Of a stretch of 35,160 bases of DNA, positions 1 through 9,467 are shown one piece after another. The stretch is from IMG/VR virus record IMGVR_UViG_2734482770_000003; one strand, given 5' to 3'. The stretch is from a virus. Its lineage: Duplodnaviria; Heunggongvirae; Uroviricota; Caudoviricetes. Position 1 is the stretch's first letter. Each line of letters begins with the position of its first letter. The notes beneath the pieces were generated by a model. That model was not told the origin of the DNA. It ran no database searches and saw only the letters and a list, made by a program, of their open reading frames with translations. Both the position numbers and the translations under genes were made by a program.

Positions 1-318
1 ATGAAAAAGATAGCTGCTATATCATTAATTAGTATTTTTATTATGTCTGGTTGTGCTGTGCATAATGATGAGACAAGTATCGGTAAATTTGGTCTTGCAT
101 ATAAAAGTAATATTCAGCGTAAACTCGATAATCAATACTACACCGAAGCCGAAGCTTCTTTAGCCAGGGGCAGAATATCTGGTGCAGAAAATATAGTAAA
201 AAATGATGCAGCCCATTTCTGTGTTACTCAGGGCAAAAAAATGCAGATAGTTGACCTGAAGACAGAAGGTGCAGGATTACATGGCGTCGCTCGTCTGACA
301 TTCAAATGTGGAGAGTGA
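1..318 (+). CDS. Small putative lipoprotein, function unknown; lies outside the prophage on the left flank
   Basis: 105-aa ORF starting at window position 1; N-terminal hydrophobic signal with lipobox-like IMSGC; AT-rich relative to phage backbone. No family recognised. Confidence 0.45.
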   Translation: MKKIAAISLISIFIMSGCAVHNDETSIGKFGLAYKSNIQRKLDNQYYTEAEASLARGRISGAENIVKNDAAHFCVTQGKKMQIVDLKTEGAGLHGVARLTFKCGE

Positions 319-477
319 GAATATTTTTTGGTAAGCGTCAAACATGCGCGTTCTGGTTGTGCTTAGCCGGAACCTGTGCGAGCACGATGCCGTTACGTGA
401 AAGGCATCGTGCTATGAAGGGAGATTCTATCGATGTGGTCAATGGAAGACGGTTACCAGAGATAGGGCTTATGCATA

Positions 478-504
478 AAAAAATAAGCCCGTGTAAGGGA
501 GATT
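478..504. repeat. attL core: 27-bp direct repeat aaaaaataagcccgtgtaagggagatt
   Basis: Exact 27/27 identity with 33628..33654; flanks diverge on both sides; sequence corresponds to the 3' terminator end of cyaR (reverse complement). Confidence 0.85.
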
Positions 505-583
505 TAGGGTGTCACCAGTAGGGGCTTTCAACAGTACAATGCGGGTTTGAGCGGCATAAATTACCACTGAAAGCCCTTAAACG

Positions 584-1597
584 TTACTCTACTGTGGACA
601 CTGTGTGGACACTCTCGGCCTCAGTACCACCTCTTAGCGGATTAAGAGAAATGGCGTCCTGAAGGTACTCTGGCGCAAAATGAGCGTAAACCATAGTTTG
701 CTCAATCCGCGTGTGACCTAGTATCCGTTGTAGCGTGATAATACTTCCTCCATTAATCATGAAATGAGTGGCAAAGCTGTGCCTTAGTGCATGTGTGGCT
801 TGCCCCATTGGCAAATCCGGTTTTATTGCTTTCATTGTTCGTCTGAAGCGAGGGTAATCAGCATCAGGGAATAAAAAACCTCGTTTGTTATCCGCGATCA
901 TTTTGGCAACAGCCTCTGAGATCGGGACGGTGCGTGGTTTGTTTGTTTTCGTTTTAACAAACGTGACGCGGTTATGGATGATATTTTCTGCTTTCAAACG
1001 AGCTGCTTCTCCCCAACGTGCTCCAGTACTCAGGCAAAGAATCGCAATCTTTTTGTTGTCGCCGTCAAGAGCAGCAAGCAGTAAGGCAATTTCTTCCTGC
1101 GTGAGATAGCCTGTGTCTGGTTTTTCCTCCTTAAGCCTTTTTGTCCCTCTGATAGGGTGCTCACCAAAGAATAACTCCGCTTCAATCAGGGCTGTAAACA
1201 TGCCGCTAATACATGTTAAATCACGATTGATACTCGAAGGTTTAATACCCTGACTTCTTCGGGTGGCGCAGTACTGGCTGATAAGCGATTTCGTAATTTG
1301 AAATGCGCATGGGTCATTCGTTATTTTTGTGAAGATTTCAATTTTTCCAAGATTAGATTTCCCATGCTCTTCGTGTTTACCCTTTAAATCCCACCAGATC
1401 TGTGTCAGCTCCGACAGACGTCGCTTGTCTGTTGGTTTTGATAGCCATTCTTTATTGTGGTGGTTGTACAACGTGTATTTCTCGAAAGCGACAGCTTCGC
1501 TTTTCTTATCAAACTTCCTACGGATGCGTTTTCCATTACGTCCAGTAGGGCGGATGTCCACTTCATATCGACCATCATCGAGTTTTTTGATTGCCAT
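584..1597 (-). CDS. int: Tyrosine-type site-specific integrase (P2 Int-like)
   Basis: 337 aa, same length as P2 Int; C-terminal HxxR...Y catalytic region (HALRHSFATHF ... VYAHFAP); adjacent to attL; SD-like ggaggg upstream of start. Confidence 0.9.
   Translation of the reverse strand: MAIKKLDDGRYEVDIRPTGRNGKRIRRKFDKKSEAVAFEKYTLYNHHNKEWLSKPTDKRRLSELTQIWWDLKGKHEEHGKSNLGKIEIFTKITNDPCAFQITKSLISQYCATRRSQGIKPSSINRDLTCISGMFTALIEAELFFGEHPIRGTKRLKEEKPDTGYLTQEEIALLLAALDGDNKKIAILCLSTGARWGEAARLKAENIIHNRVTFVKTKTNKPRTVPISEAVAKMIADNKRGFLFPDADYPRFRRTMKAIKPDLPMGQATHALRHSFATHFMINGGSIITLQRILGHTRIEQTMVYAHFAPEYLQDAISLNPLRGGTEAESVHTVSTVE
593..613. repeat. Tandem tgtggacac repeats (11-bp period) in the P' arm; putative arm-type Int binding sites
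   Basis: tgtggacac at 593..601 and 604..612; a related pair tgtggtca/tgtggacg at 33569..33576 and 33580..33587 in the P arm with the same 11-bp period. Confidence 0.35.
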
Positions 1598-1712
1598 CAG
1601 AAAACCCTCCGAGTGGTGTGTTTTTTTGCGACTACTAATCGCTTTTTTCGTGGTGGCTGAAATTTAGCCACCAATAGTAGGCACTTGTGATGAATATATT
1701 CACGATGAATTG

Positions 1713-2012
1713 TTAACCAGTCTTTTGACCGGAGTGGGGCGACGTTGTTTCGTTTTGCCCAAAGTGTGCGAGAGCGGGCGCAATTTGCCCGGACTCAGGA
1801 GCGATCTGATTGGTCATGAACCATAAAGTGTATTTGGTGAATTGTGGGGTCTGCAGGATGTTCATCATGACATCTGTTGGAGGTGTTGAACGACCACTTT
1901 CATAGTAACTCAGCGTGCCATACGGAACCCCTGTTAAATCAGCAAGTTGTTGTCTGCTCAAATACTCTGATTTTCGCATTAAGACTATCTTCTCGCTTAT
2001 CGTGTTTGACAT
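1713..2012 (-). CDS. C: Immunity repressor (P2 C-like)
   Basis: 99 aa (same as P2 C); helix-turn-helix-like N-terminus (LSRQQLADLTGVPYGTLSYYESG); divergent from cox, next to int. Confidence 0.85.
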   Translation of the reverse strand: MSNTISEKIVLMRKSEYLSRQQLADLTGVPYGTLSYYESGRSTPPTDVMMNILQTPQFTKYTLWFMTNQIAPESGQIAPALAHFGQNETTSPHSGQKTG

Positions 2013-2126
2013 GGTGTTTAGATCTCAATAGTATTTAGTTTAGATGTAGATTGTTTAGTGCTTGGATGTGGGCACTAAAAGGCATTATAAGACATTAAAC
2101 GCAATTCATGAGGGCTAGAGGACGAC
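2004..2126. promoter_or_regulatory. Immunity switch region: rightward early promoter (Pe-like) with direct-repeat operator half-sites; leftward C promoter likely in same interval
   Basis: -35 ttgaca 2006..2011, 17-bp spacer, -10 tagtat 2029..2034; direct repeats gtttagat at 2016..2023 and 2038..2045 (22 bp apart) flank the -10, as for P2 O1/O2; a tataat on the opposite strand at 2084..2089. Confidence 0.5.
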
Positions 2127-2402
2127 ATGAGCAAGCAAGTAACACTCATGACTGATGCGATTCCTTATCAGGAGTTCGCAAAACTAATAGGAAAATCGAC
2201 AGGAGCGGTTCGTCGGATGATCGATAAAGGAAAGCTGCCTGTAATTGATATGACCGATCCACAATCAGCTTCAGGTCGTGCAGGTGAATATTGGGTATAC
2301 CTTCCGGCATGGAATAACGGACTAAAACTGGCTTATGAAAGCCGCCCTAAAGAGATTCGTGACGGCTGGTTGATGTGGTTAGGTCTCGGTGAACCACGTT
2401 AA
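2127..2402 (+). CDS. cox: Cox (excisionase/transcriptional regulator of lysogenic promoter)
   Basis: 91 aa (same as P2 Cox); first gene of rightward early operon, divergent from C. Confidence 0.85.
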   Translation: MSKQVTLMTDAIPYQEFAKLIGKSTGAVRRMIDKGKLPVIDMTDPQSASGRAGEYWVYLPAWNNGLKLAYESRPKEIRDGWLMWLGLGEPR

Positions 2403-2412
2403 GGAGAACCGT

Positions 2413-2583
2413 ATGAATGAGCCTCGTTGTATTGCTCAGTTACTGCGTAACGAAAGCCCCAGGGCGATTGACTTCACCATCACCCACGGTAAGGGGCGTA
2501 AGGGAATCATTATCCGCACCAAAAAACAGAGTCCGTTAAAAAAGGCTCTGACCTTTCTGAAAAGCCGGAGGGTATGGAAATGA
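2413..2583 (+). CDS. Small hypothetical early protein (P2 orf78 position)
   Basis: ATG at 2413 preceded by aaggag (2401..2406); ORF track shows a longer GTG-initiated form from 2389. Confidence 0.5.
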   Translation: MNEPRCIAQLLRNESPRAIDFTITHGKGRKGIIIRTKKQSPLKKALTFLKSRRVWK

Positions 2584-3080
2584 CAGTGATGACGCTCAAT
2601 CTCGTTGAAAAACAGCCAGCAGCTATGCGCCGGATAATTGGTAAGCATCTTGCTGTTCCTCGCTGGCAGGAGACATGTGATTATTATAATCAGATGATGG
2701 AGCGCGAACGGCTAACGGTTTGCTTTCATGCGCAGTTAAAACAGCGTCACGCAACGATGCGTTTTGAAGAAATGAACGACGTCGAACGTGAACGGCTGGT
2801 TTGTGCAATTGATGAATTGCGTGGTGCATTCTCAAAACGCCGTCAGGTTGGCGCAAGTGAGTATGCATATATTAGTTTTTTAACAGTCAGTCAGCGTCGC
2901 ACTTTATTTATGCATGCCGGATTGACTGAAAAAGAATTCAACCAGCCATACTGGCGAATTAATGAAGAGTCATGTTACTGGCGTGATGCTTTATTCCGTG
3001 CATTACGTGAATTATTCAGCCTGTTTGAGTATGCACCGACAATTCTGACGTCGGTAAAACCAGAGCAATATCTGCATTAA
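2580..3080 (+). CDS. B: Replication protein B (helicase-loader-like)
   Basis: 166 aa from ATG at 2580 (P2 B is 166 aa); position between cox and A; ggag at 2567..2570. Confidence 0.7.
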   Translation: MTVMTLNLVEKQPAAMRRIIGKHLAVPRWQETCDYYNQMMERERLTVCFHAQLKQRHATMRFEEMNDVERERLVCAIDELRGAFSKRRQVGASEYAYISFLTVSQRRTLFMHAGLTEKEFNQPYWRINEESCYWRDALFRALRELFSLFEYAPTILTSVKPEQYLH

Positions 3081-3143
3081 GTAATTAACCAGAGTTTTTA
3101 ACGCACTTAATTGTGCGGGGCTTCTTTTTGCCTGGAGAAAGTC

Positions 3144-3368
3144 ATGCATACAGTTTCTGAAAATCAGTGCGGTAAATACGCATTACTGCTGCAACAGGCC
3201 AGAACCGAAGCACAGGCCGACGCTGCGACGCGCTTTTCTTCTCATCTTGACGCCATGATTCGCCATATCACAAAGGCGGAGTTATCCCGCGTGGAGATAG
3301 TCGAGCTGCTCAGTCAGGAGTCGGAAAAATTTCACAATATCGGATTGTCTCGCGGGGAGGTGCTTTGA
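3144..3368 (+). CDS. Hypothetical early protein (P2 orf80 position)
   Basis: ATG at 3144 preceded by ggagaaag; translationally coupled gene string. Confidence 0.5.
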   Translation: MHTVSENQCGKYALLLQQARTEAQADAATRFSSHLDAMIRHITKAELSRVEIVELLSQESEKFHNIGLSRGEVL

Positions 3369-3670
3369 TGTCCTGTTCTCATTCAGTTGTATTACTGAAT
3401 AACGCCTTAAAAATCGCCGTTATGAAAAATGGCGATTTGTCTCTTATTCAACTTTGTCTTGATAAAGAAAAACGCGACATAACTGAATCTGTTATCGCGA
3501 TTTATCAGAATGAATTAAACCTCCTGTCTGATGTGGTCAATTTACTTGTTAAACGCGCTGTATTTCATAAGCAAATTTCATCCGTGGATGAACTGACAAA
3601 ATTAACGACAGAAATCGCCAGCTATTGCGCTGATGAATTTAAGAAGCTGAACGACAAAAGGAGCTGGTAA
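3365..3670 (+). CDS. Hypothetical early protein (P2 orf81 position)
   Basis: 101-aa ORF, start overlaps preceding stop (ATGA-type coupling). Confidence 0.5.
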   Translation: MMSCSHSVVLLNNALKIAVMKNGDLSLIQLCLDKEKRDITESVIAIYQNELNLLSDVVNLLVKRAVFHKQISSVDELTKLTTEIASYCADEFKKLNDKRSW

Positions 3671-3894
3671 TGCCGGACAACATAGATTTTATTCAGGAAC
3701 AACAGGCTGAATTACTGGAGCGCCAGATTAACGCGGCAAGGGTAAAACATTGCGGTGTTTCTGCGCTGGTTTGCGAAGAGTGTGACGCGCCAATACCTGC
3801 TGCCCGTCGTGCAGCTTATCCGTCAGCCACGCGTTGTGTTTCCTGCCAGTCAGTCTTTGAAGCAAAAAACAAGCATTACCGGAGAATGGCATGA
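3670..3894 (+). CDS. TraR/DksA-family C4-type zinc-finger protein (P2 orf82 position)
   Basis: 74 aa with CxxC...CxxC (CEECDAP ... CVSCQ), typical of TraR/DksA-like phage proteins. Confidence 0.7.
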   Translation: MPDNIDFIQEQQAELLERQINAARVKHCGVSALVCEECDAPIPAARRAAYPSATRCVSCQSVFEAKNKHYRRMA

Positions 3895-4166
3895 GTATTC
3901 GTATCGAAATTGGCGAACGTTATGTCGTTACCAGTGACAGCTTTCAGTTTATTCTCCACGAGAAAAAGAGAGCGGAAAGCGGTAAAAACGCCGGTCAGGA
4001 ATGGCTGGCGGTGGTTGGTTATTACCCGAAATTAAGCCAGCTCGTTTCCGGCCTGATGCATCACGATATTCTGACCGGAAGCGCAAAGTCTTTTGCTGAT
4101 TTAAACGCGCAGGTTGAGCAACTCAGCAAGCGTTGTTCTGAGGCTTTTGGCTCATATGGCCGTTAA
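3891..4166 (+). CDS. Hypothetical early protein (P2 orf83 position)
   Basis: 91-aa ORF; stop overlaps A start region. Confidence 0.5.
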   Translation: MSIRIEIGERYVVTSDSFQFILHEKKRAESGKNAGQEWLAVVGYYPKLSQLVSGLMHHDILTGSAKSFADLNAQVEQLSKRCSEAFGSYGR

Positions 4167-6279
4167 AGCCTCCGGGCGTTTTGTCCCTCCGTCAGCATTT
4201 GCCGCAGGCACCGGTAAGGCGTTTACCGGTGCTTATGCATGGAACGCGCCACGCGAGGCTGTCGGGCGCGAAAGACCTCTTACACGTGACGAGATGCGTC
4301 AGGTGCAAGGTGTTTTATCCACGATTAACCGCCTGCCTTACTTTTTGCGCTCGCTGTTTACTTCACGCTATGACTACATCCGGCGCAATAAAAGCCCGGT
4401 GCACGGGTTTTATTTCCTCACATCCACTTTTCAGCGTCGTTTATGGCCGCGCATTGAGCGTGTGAATCAGCGCCATGAAATGAACACCGACGCGTCGTTA
4501 CTGTTTCTGGCAGAGCGTGACCACTATGCGCGCCTGCCGGGAATGAATGACAAGGAGCTGAAAAAGTTTGCTGCCCGTATCTCATCGCAGCTTTTCATGA
4601 TGTATGAGGAACTCAGCGATGCCTGGGTGGATGCACATGGCGAAAAAGAATCGCTGTTTACGGATGAGGCGCAGGCTCACCTCTATGGTCATGTTGCTGG
4701 CGCTGCACGTGCTTTCAATATTTCCCCTCTCTACTGGAACAAATACCGTAAAGGGCAGATGACCACGAGGCAGGCATATTCTGCCATTGCCCGTCTGTTT
4801 AACGATGAGTGGTGGACTCATCAGCTTAAAGGCCAGCGTATGCGCTGGCATGAGGCGTTACTGATAGCTGTCGGGGAGGTCAATAAAGACCGTTCACCTT
4901 ATGCCAGTAAACATGCCATTCGTGATGTGCGTGCGCGCCGCCAGGCAAATCTGGAATTTCTTAAATCGTGTGACCTTGAAAACAGGGAAACCGGCGAGCG
5001 CATCGACCTTATCAGTAAGGTGATGGGCAGTATTTCTAATCCTGAAATTCGCCGGATGGAGCTGATGAACACCATTGCCGGTATTGAGCGTTACGCCGCC
5101 TCAGAGGGTGATGTGGGGATGTTTATCACGCTGACCGCGCCGTCAAAGTATCACCCAACACGTCAGGTCAGAAAAGGCGAAAGCAAAACCGTCCAGCTAA
5201 ATCACGGCTGGAATGATGAGGCATTTAATCCAAAGGATGCGCAGCGTTATCTCTGCCGTATCTGGAGCCTGATGCGCACGGCATTCAAGGATAATGATTT
5301 ACAGGCCTACGGTTTGCGTGTTGTTGAACCACACCACGACGGAACGCCGCACTGGCATATGATGCTTTTTTGTAATCCACGCCAGCGTAACCAGATTATT
5401 GAAATCATGCGTCGCTATGCGCTCAAAGAGGATGGCGACGAAAGAGGAGCCGCGCGAAACCGTTTTCAGGCAAAACACCTTAACCGGGGCGGTGCTGCGG
5501 GATATATCGCGAAATACATCTCAAAAAACATCGACGGCTATGCACTGGATGGTCAGCTCGATAATGATACCGGTAGGCCGCTGAAAGACACAGCTGCGGC
5601 TGTTACCGCATGGGCGTCAACGTGGCGCATTCCGCAATTTAAAACGGTTGGTCTGCCGACAATGGGGGCTTACCGTGAACTACGCAAATTGCCTCGTGGC
5701 GTCAGCATTGCTGATGAGTTTGACGAGCGCGTCGAGGCTGCACGCGCCGCTGCAGACAGTGGTGATTTTGCGTTGTATATCAGCGCGCAGGGCGGGGCAA
5801 ATGTCCCGCGCGATTGTCAGACTGTCAGGGTCGCCCGTAGCCCGTCGGATGACGTTAACGAGTACGAGGAAGAAGTCGAGAGAGTGGTCGGCATTTACGC
5901 GCCGCATCTCGGCGCGCGTCATATTCATATCACCAGAACGACGGACTGGCGCATTGTTCCGAAAGTGCCGGTCGTTGAGCCTTTGACTTTAAAAAGCGGC
6001 ATCGCCGCGCCTCGGAGTCCTGTCAATAACTGTGGAAAGCTCACCTGTGGCGATACTTCGTTACCGGCTCCCACACCTTCTGAGCACGCCGCAGCAGTGC
6101 TTAATCTGGTAGATGACGGTGTTATCGAATGGAATGACCCGGAGGTCTTGAAAGTGCTTAATCTGGCATTGAAAATAGAAGCATCACGTAAATGTACAAA
6201 CAAAGGAGACACACGAGCAGGCATAGTTGGCGAGTCAACCGCGATTTTCAATGTACAGGATGCTGATAATCAACAATGA
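4156..6279 (+). CDS. A: Replication initiation endonuclease gpA (rolling-circle nickase)
   Basis: Starts MAVKASGRFVPPSAFAAG as I recall for P2 gpA; contains HxH-like TPHWHMMLF and tyrosine-motif region GYIAKYISKNIDGY; ATG at 4156 in frame with the longer track ORF from 4114. Confidence 0.9.
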   Translation: MAVKASGRFVPPSAFAAGTGKAFTGAYAWNAPREAVGRERPLTRDEMRQVQGVLSTINRLPYFLRSLFTSRYDYIRRNKSPVHGFYFLTSTFQRRLWPRIERVNQRHEMNTDASLLFLAERDHYARLPGMNDKELKKFAARISSQLFMMYEELSDAWVDAHGEKESLFTDEAQAHLYGHVAGAARAFNISPLYWNKYRKGQMTTRQAYSAIARLFNDEWWTHQLKGQRMRWHEALLIAVGEVNKDRSPYASKHAIRDVRARRQANLEFLKSCDLENRETGERIDLISKVMGSISNPEIRRMELMNTIAGIERYAASEGDVGMFITLTAPSKYHPTRQVRKGESKTVQLNHGWNDEAFNPKDAQRYLCRIWSLMRTAFKDNDLQAYGLRVVEPHHDGTPHWHMMLFCNPRQRNQIIEIMRRYALKEDGDERGAARNRFQAKHLNRGGAAGYIAKYISKNIDGYALDGQLDNDTGRPLKDTAAAVTAWASTWRIPQFKTVGLPTMGAYRELRKLPRGVSIADEFDERVEAARAAADSGDFALYISAQGGANVPRDCQTVRVARSPSDDVNEYEEEVERVVGIYAPHLGARHIHITRTTDWRIVPKVPVVEPLTLKSGIAAPRSPVNNCGKLTCGDTSLPAPTPSEHAAAVLNLVDDGVIEWNDPEVLKVLNLALKIEASRKCTNKGDTRAGIVGESTAIFNVQDADNQQ

Positions 6280-6394
6280 TAGCTATTGTGACTATGCTAA
6301 CCCTATGAATCTATTGTGTGATTATGAGTAATGACTTTTTCTAATATTTGATTTTTAATGTAGTAACTTAGCTAATTTTAAAATTTGTAAAAGG

Positions 6395-7648
6395 ATGTTT
6401 ATGTCGATTTATCAAGGTGGTAACAAGTTAAATGAGGATGATTTTCGTTCTCACGTTTATTCCTTGTGTCAATTAGATAATGTTGGCGTTCTGTTAGGTG
6501 CTGGTGCTTCTGTCGGTTGTGGTGGGAAAACGATGAAAGATGTATGGAAATCGTTTAAGCAAAACTACCCTGAGCTTTTGGGAGCACTTATTGATAAATA
6601 TCTTCTGGTTTCGCAAATTGATTCTGATAACAATTTGGTCAATGTTGAACTTTTGATAGATGAAGCAACTAAATTTCTTTCTGTAGCTAAAACTAGACGA
6701 TGTGAAGATGAAGAGGAGGAATTCAGGAAGATATTAAGTTCATTATATAAAGAGGTTACGAAGGCTGCATTATTAACAGGAGAACAGTTTAGAGAGAAAA
6801 ATCAGGGTAAAAAAGATGCGTTTAAATATCACAAAGAGTTAATTTCAAAATTAATTTCAAATAGACAGCCCGGTCAGTCGGCTCCGGCAATTTTTACAAC
6901 AAATTATGATTTGGCCTTAGAGTGGGCTGCAGAAGATTTAGGAATACAGTTGTTTAATGGTTTTTCTGGGCTACATACACGGCAGTTTTATCCCCAGAAT
7001 TTTGATTTGGCTTTCAGAAATGTAAATGCGAAGGGCGAAGCAAGATTCGGACATTATCATGCGTATCTCTATAAATTACATGGCTCACTTACGTGGTATC
7101 AAAATGATAGCTTGACTGTTAACGAAGTTAGTGCATCTCAAGCATATGATGAATATATTAATGACATAATCAATAAAGATGACTTTTATCGCGGTCAACA
7201 TTTGATTTATCCAGGGGCGAATAAATATAGCCATACAATCGGCTTCGTTTATGGAGAGATGTTTAGACGTTTTGGGGAGTTTATTTCGAAACCTCAAACA
7301 GCGTTGTTCATAAATGGGTTTGGTTTCGGTGATTATCATATAAATAGAATAATATTAGGCGCGTTACTGAATCCATCTTTCCATGTTGTTATATATTATC
7401 CTGAATTGAAAGAAGCAATTACCAAAGTAAGTAAGGGTGGCGGTTCGGAAGCTGAGAAAGCTATTGTTACTTTAAAAAATATGGCTTTCAATCAAGTAAC
7501 TGTAGTTGGGGGAGGAAGCAAGGCATATTTTAATAGTTTCGTAGAACATCTACCATACCCTGTGCTCTTTCCACGAGATAATATTGTTGATGAGTTGGTT
7601 GAAGCAATTGCTAATCTTTCTAAAGGAGAAGGTAATGTCCCTTTTTAA
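6395..7648 (+). CDS. SIR2-like (sirtuin-fold) NADase-type defence protein
   Basis: Gly-rich NAD-binding-like LLGAGASVGCGG near N-terminus, TTNYD motif, catalytic-His-like KLHGS; AT-rich cargo at P2 tin/old position; alternative start at 6401. Confidence 0.8.
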   Translation: MFMSIYQGGNKLNEDDFRSHVYSLCQLDNVGVLLGAGASVGCGGKTMKDVWKSFKQNYPELLGALIDKYLLVSQIDSDNNLVNVELLIDEATKFLSVAKTRRCEDEEEEFRKILSSLYKEVTKAALLTGEQFREKNQGKKDAFKYHKELISKLISNRQPGQSAPAIFTTNYDLALEWAAEDLGIQLFNGFSGLHTRQFYPQNFDLAFRNVNAKGEARFGHYHAYLYKLHGSLTWYQNDSLTVNEVSASQAYDEYINDIINKDDFYRGQHLIYPGANKYSHTIGFVYGEMFRRFGEFISKPQTALFINGFGFGDYHINRIILGALLNPSFHVVIYYPELKEAITKVSKGGGSEAEKAIVTLKNMAFNQVTVVGGGSKAYFNSFVEHLPYPVLFPRDNIVDELVEAIANLSKGEGNVPF

Positions 7649-9467
7649 ACTTACTGAAATCTCGGCTATTGGATACGTTGTAGGATTAGAAGGGGAAAGA
7701 ATTAGGATAAACCTGCATGAGGGGTTGCAAGGCAGATTAGCATCGCATAGAAAGGGGGTGAGCTCAGTAACGCAACCAGGAGATCTTATTGGGTTCGATG
7801 CAGGTAATATATTAGTTGTCGCAAGAGTGACAGATATGGCATTTGTTGAAGCGGATAAAGCGCATAAGGCAAATGTAGGCACATCTGATTTAGCTGATAT
7901 ACCTTTAAGACAAATTATCGCCTATGCAATTGGCTTTGTGAAAAGGGAGTTAAATGGTTATGTTTTTATATCAGAAGATTGGCGCTTACCTGCATTGGGT
8001 TCTTCTGCTGTTCCTTTGACTTCAGATTTTTTGAACATCATTTATAGTATTGATAAAGAAGAACTCCCAAAAGCGGTTGAATTAGGTGTGGATTCTCGAA
8101 CTAAAACCGTTAAGATATTTGCAAGTGTTGATAAATTATTGTCGCGACACTTAGCCGTTCTTGGTAGTACAGGATATGGTAAATCAAATTTCAATGCTTT
8201 GTTAACGAGGAAGGTTTCTGAAAAATACCCTAACTCAAGAATAGTTATTTTTGACATAAATGGTGAATACGCGCAAGCTTTTACAGGTATTCCAAATGTA
8301 AAGCACACTATTCTAGGGGAATCCCCAAATGTTGATAGTTTGGAAAAAAATCAGCAAAAGGGTGAGCTATATAGTGAAGAGTATTATTGTTATAAAAAGA
8401 TACCATATCAGGCATTAGGTTTTGCTGGGTTAATTAAATTATTAAGACCAAGTGATAAAACACAATTGCCCGCATTAAGAAATGCATTAAGTGCAATTAA
8501 TCGGACTCATTTTAAAAGCCGTAATATTTACTTGGAAAAAGATGATGGTGAAACTTTTCTTTTGTATGATGATTGTCGTGACACAAATCAAAGTAAATTG
8601 GCTGAGTGGTTGGATTTATTAAGGCGTAGACGTCTTAAAAGAACGAATGTATGGCCGCCGTTTAAAAGTTTAGCGACTTTGGTTGCTGAATTTGGATGTG
8701 TAGCTGCTGACCGTTCTAATGGAAGTAAACGTGACGCGTTTGGTTTTAGTAACGTGTTGCCATTGGTAAAAATCATACAACAACTTGCAGAGGATATAAG
8801 ATTTAAATCTATTGTTAATTTAAATGGAGGGGGTGAGCTAGCAGATGGTGGAACGCATTGGGATAAAGCTATGAGTGATGAAGTTGATTACTTCTTTGGT
8901 AAGGAAAAAGGACAAGAAAATGATTGGAATGTTCATATAGTTAATATGAAAAATTTGGCGCAAGATCATGCTCCAATGTTACTTAGTGCATTGTTGGAGA
9001 TGTTTGCTGAGATACTATTTAGACGTGGGCAGGAACGTTCGTATCCTACGGTACTTTTGTTGGAAGAAGCGCATCATTACCTGCGTGACCCTTATGCTGA
9101 AATTGACTCACAGATTAAAGCATATGAACGACTTGCTAAAGAAGGTAGGAAATTCAAATGCTCTTTAATTGTCAGTACTCAGCGACCCTCAGAGCTTTCT
9201 CCTACTGTTTTGGCAATGTGTTCAAACTGGTTTTCGTTACGTTTGACTAATGAAAGAGATTTACAGGCTCTCAGATATGCAATGGAAAGCGGTAATGAAC
9301 AAATCTTAAAACAAATATCAGGTTTACCAAGAGGTGATGCTGTTGCATTTGGTTCTGCATTTAATTTGCCTGTAAGAATTTCAATTAATCAAGCAAGGCC
9401 AGGGCCAAAATCTTCAGATGCTGTTTTTTCTGAAGAATGGGCTAATTGTACAGAATTACGTTGTTAA
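7635..9467 (+). CDS. HerA-like (FtsK/HerA superfamily) ATPase, partner of SIR2 protein
   Basis: Walker A VLGSTGYGKS, Walker B-like VLLLEEAHHY; ATG at 7635 preceded by aaaggagaagg; 14-nt overlap with upstream SIR2 stop. Confidence 0.8.
   Translation: MSLFKLTEISAIGYVVGLEGERIRINLHEGLQGRLASHRKGVSSVTQPGDLIGFDAGNILVVARVTDMAFVEADKAHKANVGTSDLADIPLRQIIAYAIGFVKRELNGYVFISEDWRLPALGSSAVPLTSDFLNIIYSIDKEELPKAVELGVDSRTKTVKIFASVDKLLSRHLAVLGSTGYGKSNFNALLTRKVSEKYPNSRIVIFDINGEYAQAFTGIPNVKHTILGESPNVDSLEKNQQKGELYSEEYYCYKKIPYQALGFAGLIKLLRPSDKTQLPALRNALSAINRTHFKSRNIYLEKDDGETFLLYDDCRDTNQSKLAEWLDLLRRRRLKRTNVWPPFKSLATLVAEFGCVAADRSNGSKRDAFGFSNVLPLVKIIQQLAEDIRFKSIVNLNGGGELADGGTHWDKAMSDEVDYFFGKEKGQENDWNVHIVNMKNLAQDHAPMLLSALLEMFAEILFRRGQERSYPTVLLLEEAHHYLRDPYAEIDSQIKAYERLAKEGRKFKCSLIVSTQRPSELSPTVLAMCSNWFSLRLTNERDLQALRYAMESGNEQILKQISGLPRGDAVAFGSAFNLPVRISINQARPGPKSSDAVFSEEWANCTELRC

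Noticed and set aside
306-521. 71-aa plus-strand ORF spanning the attL core
   Set aside because: Crosses the att core and relic arm sequence, has no SD, and its product is Cys/Arg-rich and low-complexity; more likely non-coding junction DNA.
4114-4155. Longer N-terminal extension of gpA starting at 4114
   Set aside because: The in-frame ATG at 4156 gives the MAVKASGRF... N-terminus I recall for P2 gpA and avoids a long overlap with the upstream gene; the extension is probably not translated.
7085-7339. 84-aa minus-strand ORF inside the SIR2-like gene
   Set aside because: Antisense ORF in AT-rich DNA (Ile/Asn/Lys-rich low-complexity product); overlapped completely by a motif-supported gene.
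6395-9467. Treating SIR2-HerA as the undescribed system
   Set aside because: The motif combination matches an already characterised defence family; the novelty candidates are instead the two unassigned single-gene cargos.
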